Assembly (NCBI RefSeq): GCF_001194135.2
Contig: NC_068982.1
Location: forward strand, 188,822,534-188,875,902
Direction: 5' to 3'
Source of the DNA: Octopus bimaculoides
Taxonomy: Eukaryota
Length of the DNA stretch: 53,369 nt
Below are positions 1 to 11,704 of the stretch, piece after piece; position 1 is the stretch's first letter, and every line of letters starts with the position of its first letter. Under the pieces are notes generated by a model that was not told the origin of the DNA, did not search any database, and worked only from the letters and a program-made list of their open reading frames with translations. The position numbers and the translations under genes are program-made.

Positions 1-396
1 GTGTGTGTGTGTGTGTGTGTGAATACAAGGTTGGCCAAAAGTCACCCGACAGTAAATCAAATACTTAATATTCAATTTTATTTATTCATTCCAATTATGA
101 ATGTTTAATAATTGAATGCTGTGAATTAAAATCACTGTTTTTTTTTTTCAACATTTGTCTCTTTATTAGAGAAGTCTCATATAAAGTAATTTTTTTTGTT
201 TTAATCTTGGAATTAAATGGTTTTAATTTATTTTTCTGGTTGGATTCTGTGTTCATTTCTCTTTTTTCCCCCATCTGCAATTTTTATTTTTGATCCTCAA
301 TACAAATGAAGATATTTCCTCCGTCCAACTGTTTCTCTTTCTACAAAACGAGAAGTTACATTGCGGAATCATTATTTTAACGAGTTGTGTTTATTT

Positions 397-505
397 ATCA
401 CCCGATGAGATACATCATCTGCACTGCCGGATGCTCCTGAACCAGTTGTTAAGTGTCCCACCTGTGAGGGATCGAGGCGAGACGTGTCGAAACAACTGAA
501 GTGAT
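397..505 (+). ncRNA. Decayed hammerhead-like motif with long helix II insertion (PLE-tail type)
   Basis: ATCAC-CCGATGA-GATAC...GTGTC-GAAA-CAACTGA-A-GTGAT: helix I ATCAC/GTGAT and helix II GATAC/GTGTC pair. Three substitutions versus a canonical core with an ACAGCTGT palindrome. Confidence 0.4.
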
Positions 506-560
506 TAGTAATAAATTCTCGTATATTCCGTCTTCTGTCTTTCATTTGCCACATATATAT

Positions 561-712
561 TCTTTCATTTGTTTCAGTCATTTGACTGTGGCCATGCTGG
601 AGCACCGCCTTTAGTTGAGAAAATCAATCGCAGGACTTATTCTTTGTAAGCTTAATACTTATTCTATCAGCCTCTTTTGCTGAACTGCTAAGTTATGGGT
701 ATGTAAACAATC
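561..712 (-). mobile_element. 3' part of the abundant tRNA-derived SINE (family A)
   Basis: tttcagtcatttgactgtggccatgctggagcaccgcc...gctgaactgctaagtta, matching many other copies in the window. Confidence 0.8.
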
Positions 713-1119
713 AAAGGGTAACAGTCCGATTATGTAACCTTGCAGGTCACTTAATCGAACTGTTACCTAACTGTCCACTGAACCCCTAAAGCAAAACCGA
801 TTGGTTATATCAGCCATAATGGACATGTAAGGTGTTGCAAGTGAGTTCGATTCCCAGACTGGGTGTTGTGTTGCATTCTTGAGCAAAGCACTTCATTTCA
901 CGTTGCTCTGCGATCATTTCGACCTGTTGCACCTGTACAGGTAATGTCGATCTGATGGAGGGAGTGAGCTTATGTCAACACAAACATTTGATCATGATAA
1001 ACAAATCATCTGTGTGGTTGTTCAGTAAAAAAACAGTCGAAACCTCATACATCGTCTAACGACGGGAGAGTCCGTCATATATATATATATATACACATAC
1101 ATACATACATATATACACA

Positions 1120-1553
1120 CAGGGTGCGATGAATAAATTATTGTCTAAATTATGCAAAAATGAAAACAATACCAACATTACATAAAAATATCTTGAAATA
1201 CTAAAGAGTAAATTTATTCAATAAAATCACCATTGATTTCAACCACAGCCTCCAGACGACTTCAGAATCTCCTGCAACTCTTCTGGATGGTCACCTTGTT
1301 TAAGTTGGTGAATGCTGCCATAATCCTTGTCTTTAGTTCACTTTTGGTGTTACAAGAAGTTTTGTTGGTCTCTCGTTCAACTGCGTCCCACACATAATAA
1401 TCAAGGGGGTTGCAGTGTGGGGAGTTAGGTGGACAGACATTAGGGGTGATATGGTTGCAGAAATTGTCTGACAGTCAAGACAGAGTCCGACTGCTTTTGT
1501 GGTATGGTGCAAAGTCCTTTTGCCAGATATAGGATCTTCCAGCAGCCACCCTC
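1120..1553 (-). mobile_element. Tc1/mariner-superfamily (maT/DD37D-like) transposase C-terminal remnant with terminus
   Basis: Minus strand reads RVAAGRSYIWQKDFAPYH...PPNSPHCNPLDYYVWDAVERETNK...SRLEAVVEINGDFIE with stops; CAGGGTG terminus at 1120. Confidence 0.8.
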
Positions 1554-1567
1554 TGTGTGTGTGTGTA

Positions 1568-1626
<59 letters not shown>

Positions 1627-2204
1627 CTTCCTGGTAATTAATCGATATTAATTAATATATGATTTTTACCCTATGTTAATATATATATATATATATATAG
1701 AAACTGACGTGTATGTATTGTGCATATATATATAAATATAAAAATATAAAATGATGTGTATGCATGCATGCGTATACATATATATATTATACACAGCTGG
1801 CTGTGTTTGAGTTTAATTGCTTTTTTTATTAAGGATTTTCTATATTTCCTTATTAAGTCCTTTTATGTTTGATTTGGAACAAATTAATGTAACATGTTTG
1901 AAAGAAAAGCTGTTCTCACTATTTAAACACACTCATACACACGTGTATAGACACGCACACACACACACAAGCAGACACCTGGTCAGCCAAGCCCGTATTA
2001 TTCTTGTTTCATCCAATCAAAATCTTCCTTGTATTATTTATGTATCGATATAAAAGTTCTGTGTGTGAAGGCTTTATAATAACTCTCTGGATTTAATGGT
2101 GAGATATTGATTGTGGATATTGCAGCAATGGTGAAAGTGCTGAAACAGCAAAGGACCCTTGTAAGAGCTACACTGGCTTTTGTAGTGACTGGTACTCTGA
2201 CAGT

Positions 2205-2440
2205 TGTGACGATGAACGATCCAGTTGTTGTGAACAATGGAACATCTTGCTTGTGAAATTAATGTGCAAGTGGCTGTGTACTCCACAGACATGCGTACCC
2301 TTAATGTAGTTCTCAGGGAGATTCATCATGACACAGAGTGTGACAAGGCTGGCTCCCTTGAAGTACAGGTCCTACTCAATTTTGCCAGCTGAGTGGACTG
2401 GAGCAATGTGAAATAGAGTGTCTTGCTCAAGGACATGTAC
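2205..2440 (-). mobile_element. SINE fragment (family B-related 3' region)
   Basis: Reverse complement of the ...gtacatgtctgtggagtacacagccacttgcacattaatttc segment shared with 11323-11704. Confidence 0.7.
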
Positions 2441-2972
2441 TGAGTCAAGGAAGCCATTTTTTTGTTGATGCGGATTAGCACAATTGTGCTTTGGCAACTG
2501 CAGCCAATAAATACAGTGTCATCCACCCAGAAAAAGAATTCTGTTCCAGTTACCCAGCCAGCAATCAGAAGGACATGGGACAACCAACACAAAATTTTCT
2601 CCATCGCAAACGGCTCCTAGTTCCTCGCATCAGCTTAGCGTCGCGGACACCTTTAACAGTCTAGTTCCCTCAACACAATCGATACCACGAAGGATTCTTT
2701 CTCATCCCACCCAGCACAGACCAACTTACAACTGTTAGCTCACCACGGCTGACAGCTTCTCATTCATGCCTACCCAAGTTATTTCGGCTTCCCTGAATCA
2801 CACACATATGCACACGTACACACCTTACATACACACACAGGCCTCTGCTCTCACTACTTGTTTACAGTTAGACGTTAATTGCCAGCACTCATTTGATCAA
2901 ATAAAGTTTAATGTTTTGTTATAAATGAATTACCTTCTGACAATATACATATATATATATCAATATTTAATA

Positions 2973-3836
2973 TGAGGGGTTACCCAAAAGAAACCGGAAT
3001 TTTGTAATAATATTTTATTCACTTAGTTTTACATGTTTACACTTTTATCGCCTTCAAAGTATTCTCCATTCTCCATTGGTGCAGATGCGTTTTCACTGTT
3101 GGAAGCAGTTCTGGAACTCTTGCAAAGTGATGTCTTTTAATACTGCCGTCATTTTTTTCTTCATTTCTTCCACATCTGCAAATTCCATAGCACCAGCTTT
3201 TGTCACCAATGCTGACCTTTGAAGAAAGGTCCAGTTCAACTTCCAATTGTCCTTTCAGTTCACGATACGCATTCAATCGTGATTGTGTTTGATCTTCCGT
3301 GAGCAAACAAGACACAAATTTTGTTGCAACTCTTTTCATTTGCAATTCCTTGCTCAAAATTCGTTGGCAGGAGGTTCCAGGACACACCAGTCATATCAAC
3401 AAGTTCATCAGTTGTTTAGCAGCGGTCCTCCAAGATCAGTTCATGAATTTTCATGATGTTTTCATTCAGGAGGTTGATGATGGCCCTAAACAAGGTTGGT
3501 CTTCAAGCGACAAGTGACCATTCCTAAAGCAGGAAAACCATTTGTAAACTTGTGTTTTGCTCATGGCAGCATCCTTTTAAGCTGTTTGAAGAATGACAAC
3601 TGTTTCAGCTGCCAATTTCCCCAGCGGAAAACAGAATTTCACAGAAGCACGCAAAAATTGATGAACAGGAGAGAACTGCAGAAAGACACCACATGACAGC
3701 ATGACTTCACTCACTACCACCAGATGGCAGATTGATGCCTGAGGGTTGCATTAAGTGGCTTGTAGTGGCAGAAGCCTGAACTACAATGGGTTTGTCCCAC
3801 AGAGAACATTTTCAGTTACTTTTGGGTACCCCCTCA
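2973..3836 (-). mobile_element. Internally deleted mariner element
   Basis: TIRs TGAGGGGTTACCCAAAAG / CTTTTGGGTACCCCCTCA flanked by TA on both sides; degenerate transposase ...ELQMKRVATKFVSCLLTEDQTQSRL...IGDKSWCYG. Confidence 0.9.
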
Positions 3837-4444
3837 TATGAGTACAATTTTAGAAGTTTAATGATTTGGTAACTAGGAATATCATCATTTAATGTCCATT
3901 TCCATGCTAATAAGGGTTGGATGGTTTAACAAGACCCAAAGGGCCCAAGGACTGTATCCTGCTCCAGTGTCTGCTTCAGCACGGTTTCAATGGCTGGTTG
4001 CCCTTCGTGATGCCAACCACTTTACAGCATGTACTGGATGCTTCTTAACATGCCACCAACACATGTGAGGTTACCATTCAGCTCACAAAACTACAAATGC
4101 CAAGGGGGCAGTTTTACACTAGGAGGTGAGAGGTAAAATTATGAGGAAAGGGGTCAGGGTAGAACAGGTTTCTTGCATGACTATTCACATTTGAGAAGAC
4201 AGGGGTGATTGGGTGGTACTGAAAGGGGATAAAAATACAAGGTAAGTAGAAGTGTGTGGGGACAGAGGAACCAGAAGAGGGGGTGGGTGGAAGTTGCAAG
4301 AGAGTATGGGAGTGTGAGAGATAGTGAAAAGTTGAGGGTAGGGAAACCACAGCTGTAAACTTTGGGTAGGGTTGAAGGCTGGGTGGAGTGAACACACTGT
4401 AGTCTGTGTGTGGGAGTATATATGTGTGTGTTTGTGCGTATGTA

Positions 4445-4564
4445 CCATATTTTAATGTGTACAAGGAACCCTTACACGGATACTATTATAATCCCTAACA
4501 AAACCATTTTTCCATATTCTAAGCACCCCAAATTAGGGGGTTCCTTATACACATTAAAATACAG
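4445..4564. mobile_element. 120-bp Tc1/mariner/pogo-type MITE
   Basis: TA-CCATATTTTAATGTGTACAAGGAACCC ... GGGTTCCTTATACACATTAAAATACAG-TA; about 27-bp TIRs. Confidence 0.75.
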
Positions 4565-5404
4565 TATATCTCATTGAACTGCTAGTCAAACTGGTCTCAC
4601 TTCACCACGTTTCTCAAGAACATATCGATAACATTAAGCAACGAGGATTGACAGCGTGTGTTTCTGTATACATCAAGCTTTATGGTGTATGTCGACATAA
4701 ACATTTATGATGACAATTATGGGTTATGTTTATGAACACTATCAATAAAGGAGGGAATTAAAGATCAAAGGACGACAGTTCTCCACTTACCATATCACCC
4801 CGTTCTTGAATCAATAACCCATGTTATACTTGGTTACCTTTTCCAATTATATACAACTATAAATATTGTAATATTGAGGAAATCTCACAAAAGACATAGA
4901 TTTGATATGATGAAGATATGACACACACGCACAGAGGAGTGGAGCATTTGAATGGCACATACAGACGAACAGATACACAGCCTCATAATATCTTTCTTTC
5001 CCGCCCCCGCCCCCCCCGTCACTTCTATCACACGTACACTCATTTAGGAATCATGTGCTTACACATCAGATTAATATATACACAAACCCATAATATCTCT
5101 CGTCTCTCTCTCTCTCTCATAACACACACACACACACACACATACATACACAGAGGAAGTTAGATCCACCTTAGGGATTATATTATCCAAAAAAAAATTC
5201 CACTGGTTAATCACTATTATATAATGAGAAAGTCTCTGAAATATGTTAGGGATTATTGTCGCATACCCAGCCCCAGCCCACTCAAAAGTACCTTGGATTG
5301 TAGGGCGACATGCTGTGCCTGAGGAGACCTATTGAGTCAAGGACATCAAAATCAAATGGAAATTGTAGTTGTAATCCCTCTGCTGCTTTATATATATATA
5401 TATA

Positions 5405-5760
5405 TTATCTTTTTTCATTCATTAAACTAAGGCCATGCTGTTGCACTGCCTTGGCCCACCTTGAAGGTTTTGTAGATGAATGGATTGACCTCAGTAACTG
5501 TTTCTTTTCTATTGATCTCTGTTGCCGAACTGCTAAGTTACAGAAATGTAAACATACCAACATCGGTTGTCAAGTGGCAGTGGTGGGACACACACACACA
5601 TTTATACGACAGTCTTCTATCAGTTTCCGTTTACCGAATCCACTTGCAAGGCCTTGGTCAATCCAAGGCTATACTAGACAGACACTTGCCCAAGGTGCTC
5701 CACAGTGAGACTGAACCTGGAACCATGTGGTTGGGGAGCAAACTTATTAGCCCCCAGCCA
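5405..5760 (-). mobile_element. SINE family A copy
   Basis: tRNA-like head plus internal microsatellite plus 3' domain, colinear with 36738-37127. Confidence 0.8.
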
Positions 5761-6370
5761 CATCTGTGCCACTGTATGTGTGCATGCATCTGTTCAATCC
5801 TTTCTTTATTTATATGAAAATACACATAAAACATTCTTAACAGCCAATCAATGCTCAATCAGACTAAGTGATGGCGTACGAACAGATTATCGATCTGTTA
5901 TGGTATTGATTCACAGCAGATGTAAAAGTACGTGGGTAAATGGCTACTACAATACCAACAACAACAATAATATTGATTTAAACCAGGTGTAAATAGTACA
6001 TGGAGGAGAACTCTGTCTGTCTGTATTGTGTACATGCACACATCATCATCATGGTCATGTGTTACGTCCATTTTACTTTGTTGGCATGGGTTGGATGAGT
6101 TGTTTTACAAGACATTAATTTCTTTTGCCCTTTTATCTTCTATCTTTTACTTGTCTCAGTCATTAGACTGTGGCCATGCTGGGGCATCACTTGAAAAGAT
6201 TTTAGTTGAATGAATCGACTCAATACTTATTTTTGATTACTTTCAAAGCCTGCTAATTATTCTATCAGTCTCATTTGCCAAACTGCTAGGTTATGGGAAC
6301 GTAGACACACCAACACCAGTTGTCAAGCAGTGGTGGGGTCCAAACACAGACACTCTCCCTACCTCCCTCC

Positions 6371-6416
<46 letters not shown>

Positions 6417-6542
6417 ATCTATATATATATATGTCCATCCCATGCTAGCATGGAAAGCGGACGTTAAACGATATACACATACACATGTACAAATATATTC
6501 ATAAAGTATAGGGTAGCGAAATTTTAGAAATTTCACTATATA

Positions 6543-6584
<42 letters not shown>

Positions 6585-6686
6585 TGNNNNNNNNNNNNNN
6601 NNNNNNNNNNNNNNNNNNNNNNNNNNNNNNNNNNNNNNNNNNNNNNNNNNNNNNNNNNNNNNNNNNNNNNNNNNNNNNNNNNNNNN

Positions 6687-6729
<43 letters not shown>

Positions 6730-6739
6730 ATGGACTTCG

Positions 6740-7010
6740 TTCAGTTCCCATCTACCAAATCCACATTCTGTTGGTGCTTTTTATGTACCACCAGCACAAG
6801 AGCCAGTCAGCGGGTACTGGCATTGGCCACGTTCAGATGGTGCTTTTTACGTACCACCAGCACGAGAGCCAGTCAGACGGACCTGGCATCAACTGCATTC
6901 AGATGGTGCTTTTTACGTGCCACTGGCACGGGAGCTAGTCAGGGTGCACTGGCCACAGCTACGATATTGGTTTTACTTGCCTCAATAGGTCTTCTCAAGC
7001 ATATCATATA
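6740..7010 (-). mobile_element. RTE LINE 3' end with tandem ~66-nt UTR units
   Basis: C-terminal ...VYDMLEKTY* followed by three GTGCTTTTTACGTGCCACYGGCAC-type units. Similar copies at 12240-12510, 18560-18990 and 20125-20470. Confidence 0.75.
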
Positions 7011-7305
7011 CACAACGCATCAGGGGAACTCTTAACTGGGCTGGACATGCATGTTTCCCTATCATTAAGATGGTACTTTCCTGGCAGTGGATTAGCAGAA
7101 TCAGTAGAGCATCAGACAAAATGTCTTGTGGCATTTCTTTTAATCCTGAGTACAAATTCATGCTGGGATCAGCTTTTCTTTTCATGAGTTTAGAGTCAAT
7201 AAAATAAAGAATCAGCTAAGTACCAGACTGATTTAACTGACTAAGCCATCGCCACCAAATTCTTGTCCAATGTCCTTCAGTAAAACCATCATAATCATCA
7301 TTTAA

Positions 7306-7527
7306 CCCTTTCGTTACTAACCTGGCTGAAACCGGTTCTGGCTCTGTAATACAAATGTCTTGTTTTCTTAAGTTTTGAATTAAAATCTTCTACCAAACCT
7401 TAGTCACAATTTATGTTCCTAACACTAGCTGAATGATAACTAAGTTATTTTACTAAATTCTTTGTTATATTTAAAATTAATTGAAAGAAACACAGAACAT
7501 CTTGACAGAAATATGGTAACAAAAGGG
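7306..7527. mobile_element. piggyBac-type MITE, copy 1
   Basis: TTAA-CCCTTTCGTTAC ... GTAACAAAAGGG-TTAA. Confidence 0.85.
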
Positions 7528-7558
7528 TTAAAATATATAATAGAGAAGCAGTTCTTAA

Positions 7559-7726
7559 CCCTTTCGTTACTAACCTGGCTGAAACCAGCTCTGGCTCTGT
7601 AATACAAATGTCTTCCACCAATTTATGTTCTTAACGCTAACTTAATGATAACTAAATTCTTTGTTATATTTAAAATTAATCGAAAGAAACGCAGAGCATC
7701 TCAAAATAAATTCAGTAATGAAAGGG
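7559..7726. mobile_element. piggyBac-type MITE, copy 2 (internally deleted)
   Basis: TTAA-CCCTTTCGTTAC ... GTAATGAAAGGG-TTAA; same orientation as copy 1. Confidence 0.85.
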
Positions 7727-8484
7727 TTAATGTCCATTTTCCATGCTGGCATGGGTTGCACAGTTTTGACAGGGGCTGCACCACATTCCAGAGTGTCTGT
7801 TTTGGCATAGTTTCTATGGCTGGATGCCCTTCCTGATGCCAACCACTTTACAGAGTGTACTGAATGCTTTTTGTGTGGTTCCAGCACCCACAGGGTCATC
7901 AAGTACCTTGCAAGACAAGAACCCCTCAACTGGGGGTAGGTGAGTAGTATTTAGGGGAAGTAGCTTTGTGCCAGTTGAGAAATTTAAGGTATAGAAGGGA
8001 CAGTCTTGTTGTAGAATAGATAGATGGATATCCCAGTTGGAAAGGAAAAGAAAGTGATACAGTTCTACGCCATGTGGCGTAGTGGTTAAGAGTGCGGGCT
8101 ACTAACCCCAAAATTCTGAGTTCGATTCCAGGCAGTGACCTGAGTAATAATAATAATCATCACCATCATTTAACGTCTGCTTTCCATGCTAGCATGGGTT
8201 GGACGATTTGACTGGGGACTGGTGAACCAGATGGTTACACCAGACTCTAATCTGATCTGGTAGAGTTTCTACAGCTGGATGTCCTTCCTAACGCCAACCA
8301 CTCTGAGAGTGTAGTGGGTACTTTTATGTACCACTGGCACGAGGGCCAGTCCGGCGGTACTGGCAACGGCTACACTCAAATGGTGTTTTTTTACGTGCCA
8401 CCTGCACAGGAGTCAGTCCAATGTTTTATCTAAATAATAATGATAATAACATTGAAAAATACCTTAGGTAGGAAATTTCCCCAA

Positions 8485-8530
8485 GACACCTGATGAAGGT
8501 TGGAGGGTATATCAGCTGAAACATTGTGTT
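8485..8530 (+). ncRNA. Minimal hammerhead motif in PLE tail, family B (helix III mutated)
   Basis: GACAC-CTGATGA-A-GGTTG-gagggtatat-CAGCT-GAAA-CAT-T-GTGTT. Confidence 0.65.
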
Positions 8531-9669
8531 AACAACAAACAAGATGAGGACAAATATCCATCAAATGTAAATAATGAAAAGAAAGTGAGTTGGAGAGAAA
8601 GAGAGAGAGAAAGAGAGGAGATGGTGAAGAAGTAATAGAAACATTATTGCTTAGTCTTACGATAGGAGGTTGATACTGAAATTGAAAGACCTTAAAGCAG
8701 ACAGCTTTTTTATCACAACTAGGCATGGTCTGGGGCCAGTTGACATCAAAAGAGTTAACTCCAAAGACACAGTTATTGTGCCTCAGTAGAGAGGAATTAC
8801 AAAATTGGTTCAGAAATCCAATGCACTGAAGTCAGCATAAAGTCTTTTAACCGATTCTCTACCATCTGCTGTCTAAGACTGTTCTTGCTTGGATCTGTCA
8901 TGTTTAGAAGTGAAGCTGTATTGAATAAAGTTTCTCTGATTCTTCTGAGATATAGCGCCGTTGCACTTTTATTCTTCTGTTGTTGTCTGCCATTCCTCAA
9001 AGCCAGTATATCTGTTGAAACATGTCTGTCTAGAGATATTGTCACCATTATTATGAGATGTTGTCTGTCTGTCTGTCTGCTGCCGTTAGCAGGTGAATTA
9101 TTCTAATGAGAACTTAACAACAATGACACATGGAAATAAATAACGAACGAATGAAGGAAACCAACAAAAATAGGAAGAAATAATAATGAAATAGCGAAAG
9201 AGAAAATGATAAGAAATGAAATGAAAAATTGAAGAAAATATTTGAGAAAGAGAAAATGATTTGGTGAAAGAAAGAGGAAAAAAATTATGAATGAATGAAT
9301 AATGAAAAGAAGAAAAATAAAGTAAAAATGTCTTAAAACTTCGAAATGATTTGAATGAAAAGAAAGAATGCGGAAGAAAAAATAAAGAAACAAAAAACTT
9401 GAATGAAAGAATGCAATGGTTGTATGGTTACGAAGGTTGTTTTTCAACTTTGTGGTTTTCGGTTCAGTTCCACTGCACATTGAGGAAGTGTCTTCTACTT
9501 TAGCCCCAGACTGACAAATGCCTTGTGAGTGGATTTGGTAAATGGAAACTATGTGGAAGCCTGTTGTAAGGCTGTGCAGCATTGATAAGCTGCAAATAGA
9601 AATCTCATTTTTATGATTACTTCTGGGATAATTTCCTGTCACCATTGAGATTTTTTAAAAACACTATTG

Positions 9670-9952
9670 CTCTCCTTTCGAGTGCTGGGCCCCACGGAGG
9701 CAATGACCGTGACCTTTGGCATTTTGTCATGCTTGAGAAGAAAACTCATCAAGCCAAGTAAACTCACAGTCGTGGCAGATACCAGTGTCACATAAATGGT
9801 ACCTGTGCCAGTGGTGGCGCTAGGAAGGGCATCCAGCCCAAAACAAACAGCTAGTGTCTGATGCAGCTCTCCAGCCTTGCCAGCCCCACACAAATCTTCC
9901 AACCCATGCCAACATGGAAAACAGATGTTAAATGATGATGATGATGATGATG
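9670..9952 (+). mobile_element. 5'-truncated RTE LINE end with (GAT)n tail
   Basis: ...RVLGPTEAMT...HLEK-like C-terminal remnant shared with 41600-41710, shortened UTR, gatgatgat tail. Confidence 0.75.
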
Positions 9953-10036
9953 TCTTTTCTCTGGCATTTGCTCAACATACATTATGTAATACTGATAATG
10001 TTTACATTATGGAGCAGCTTCTATTGTATAATCTGA

Positions 10037-10810
10037 ATTTATACTACATGTGTGTGTAGTTCTATATTCGAAAGATGAGGAATTAAGTCCATTATTACGA
10101 AGAAGAGAGAGGATGAGGCCAATAAACTGCCCACAGTCTGTCTACCCGATGTGAAGGGTCTCTCTGAAAAGGTACAAAAGATATGTGGCCCATATGACAT
10201 CAGGACAGTATTCAAGAGTAATACGACACTTTGCAAATATCTCCTTCGAGCAAAACCACCAATAGAAGAGAATATGACCAAAGACTGCGTGTACTCCATT
10301 CCATGCAGCTGTGGTAGGCTATACAAAGACGAAACATGCCACCCCCTTCAAAATAAGTGTAGACGAACATCGCAAAGCTGTGACACGAGGAGCTATTGAT
10401 AAATCGGGAATAGCTGATCATGTATGGAAAAATGGAGACCACCTCCCCTTTGTGGGATGAAGTTCAAATAATAGACAGAGAACACCACTGGAAAAAACGA
10501 AAACTAAAAGAAGCAGCACACATGCTAGGACACAACAACCTCCTAAGCAGACCAAGTGCAGATATGAATAGCATATAGGAACTGGTATTAAGAAAGGAAA
10601 GGAAAATATTAGATTTATAAGCCCTAAAATTCACTCCATAATTGCCCATAATAATAACTTCGAACAATACTTTAGGAACGAGAACCCAGATTTGAAATTT
10701 CCCCAGGACTCCTGAAGAAGGCTGGAGGGTATATCAGCCGAAACGTTGTTTTTATCAACAAACAAGATGAGGACAAATATCCGTCAAATGTAAATAATGT
10801 AAATAATGTA
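10037..10810 (+). mobile_element. 5'-truncated Penelope-like element: GIY-YIG endonuclease plus 3' tail
   Basis: VKGLSEKVQKICGPYDIRTVFKSN...DCVYSIPCSCGRLYKDET (frameshift) EHRKAVTR...SGIADHVWK...WDEVQIIDREHHWKKRKLKEA; hammerhead in tail; apparent inverted tail copy at the 5' junction. Confidence 0.9.
10707..10753 (+). ncRNA. Minimal hammerhead motif in PLE tail, family B (core intact, helix I weak)
   Basis: GACTC-CTGAAGA-A-GGCTG-gagggtatat-CAGCC-GAAACGT-T-GTTTT. Confidence 0.75.
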
Positions 10811-11322
10811 CGTGTGTGTGTGTGTGTTTATCTGCTTTGCTGCCACCACCAACGCTTGGCAACCAGAGTTGGTTTGATTACATCTCCATAGGTTTAATGT
10901 TTTCACAAAAGAAATTGACAGAAGCACCAGACTAAATATACAATGACTGAGGTTGATTTATTCAAAGCATTGCCCCAGCATGGCCACAGTCCAACGACTG
11001 GAACAAGCAAAAGATATCAAGTTAGATACTAGGAGGCTGGATGACAAAAAAGAAAGCAAGCGAAGAAGAAGAAAAGCGAAGGAAAGAGAGAGGAGAAAAG
11101 AAATCTTGTTAAGAGATGTAGAGTCTCTCAGTTTCCGTTTACTACACATTTTAATGAATGTCGTCTGGTTGTGTGATTCTGGAATTGTGATATAAACATT
11201 AAGGTAGCTATGATATAAACAGCAGGTTGCATTGTTGCAGAGGTGACAGCTAGCTCCAAGTAGAAGGAGAGTTACATAAGAGAAATGATAAATAGGTCTG
11301 TGTTATCATATTACAGCATGGT

Positions 11323-11704
11323 GGAGGCGCAATGGCCCAGTGGTTAGGGCAGCGGACTCAAGGTCATAGAATCACGGTTTCGATTCCCAGACCAAGCATT
11401 GTGAGTGTTTATTGAGCGAAAACACCTAAAGCTCCATGAGGCTCCAGCAGGGGTGGGGTGGCGAACCCTGCTGTATTCTTTCGCCACAACTTTCTCTCAC
11501 TCTTTCTTCCTGTTTCTGTTGTACCTGTATTTCAAAGGGGCCAGCCTTGTAAGACTCTGTGTCATGCTGAATCTCCCCCGAGAACTACATTAAGGGTACA
11601 CATGTCTGTGGAGTACTCAGTCACTTGCATGTTAATTTCACAAGCACGCTGTTCCGTTGAACGGATCAACTGGAACCCTCGTCGTCATAACAGACGGAGT
11701 GCCA
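11323..11704 (+). mobile_element. Full-length tRNA-derived SINE (family B)
   Basis: A/B-box-like head GGAGGCGCAATGGCCCAGTGGTTAGG...GGTTTCGATTCCC; 13-bp TSD attacagcatggt/attacagtatgtt. Decayed copies at 21430-21697 and 36375-36560. Confidence 0.85.

Noticed and set aside
6770-6965. CRISPR-like array of palindromic repeats
   Set aside because: The intervening sequences are homologous to each other rather than unique spacers, there are no cas genes, and it is a eukaryotic retroposon UTR.
11323-11395. tRNA gene
   Set aside because: The tRNA-like head continues into a SINE body with TSD; no complete cloverleaf. The same applies to the other SINE heads.
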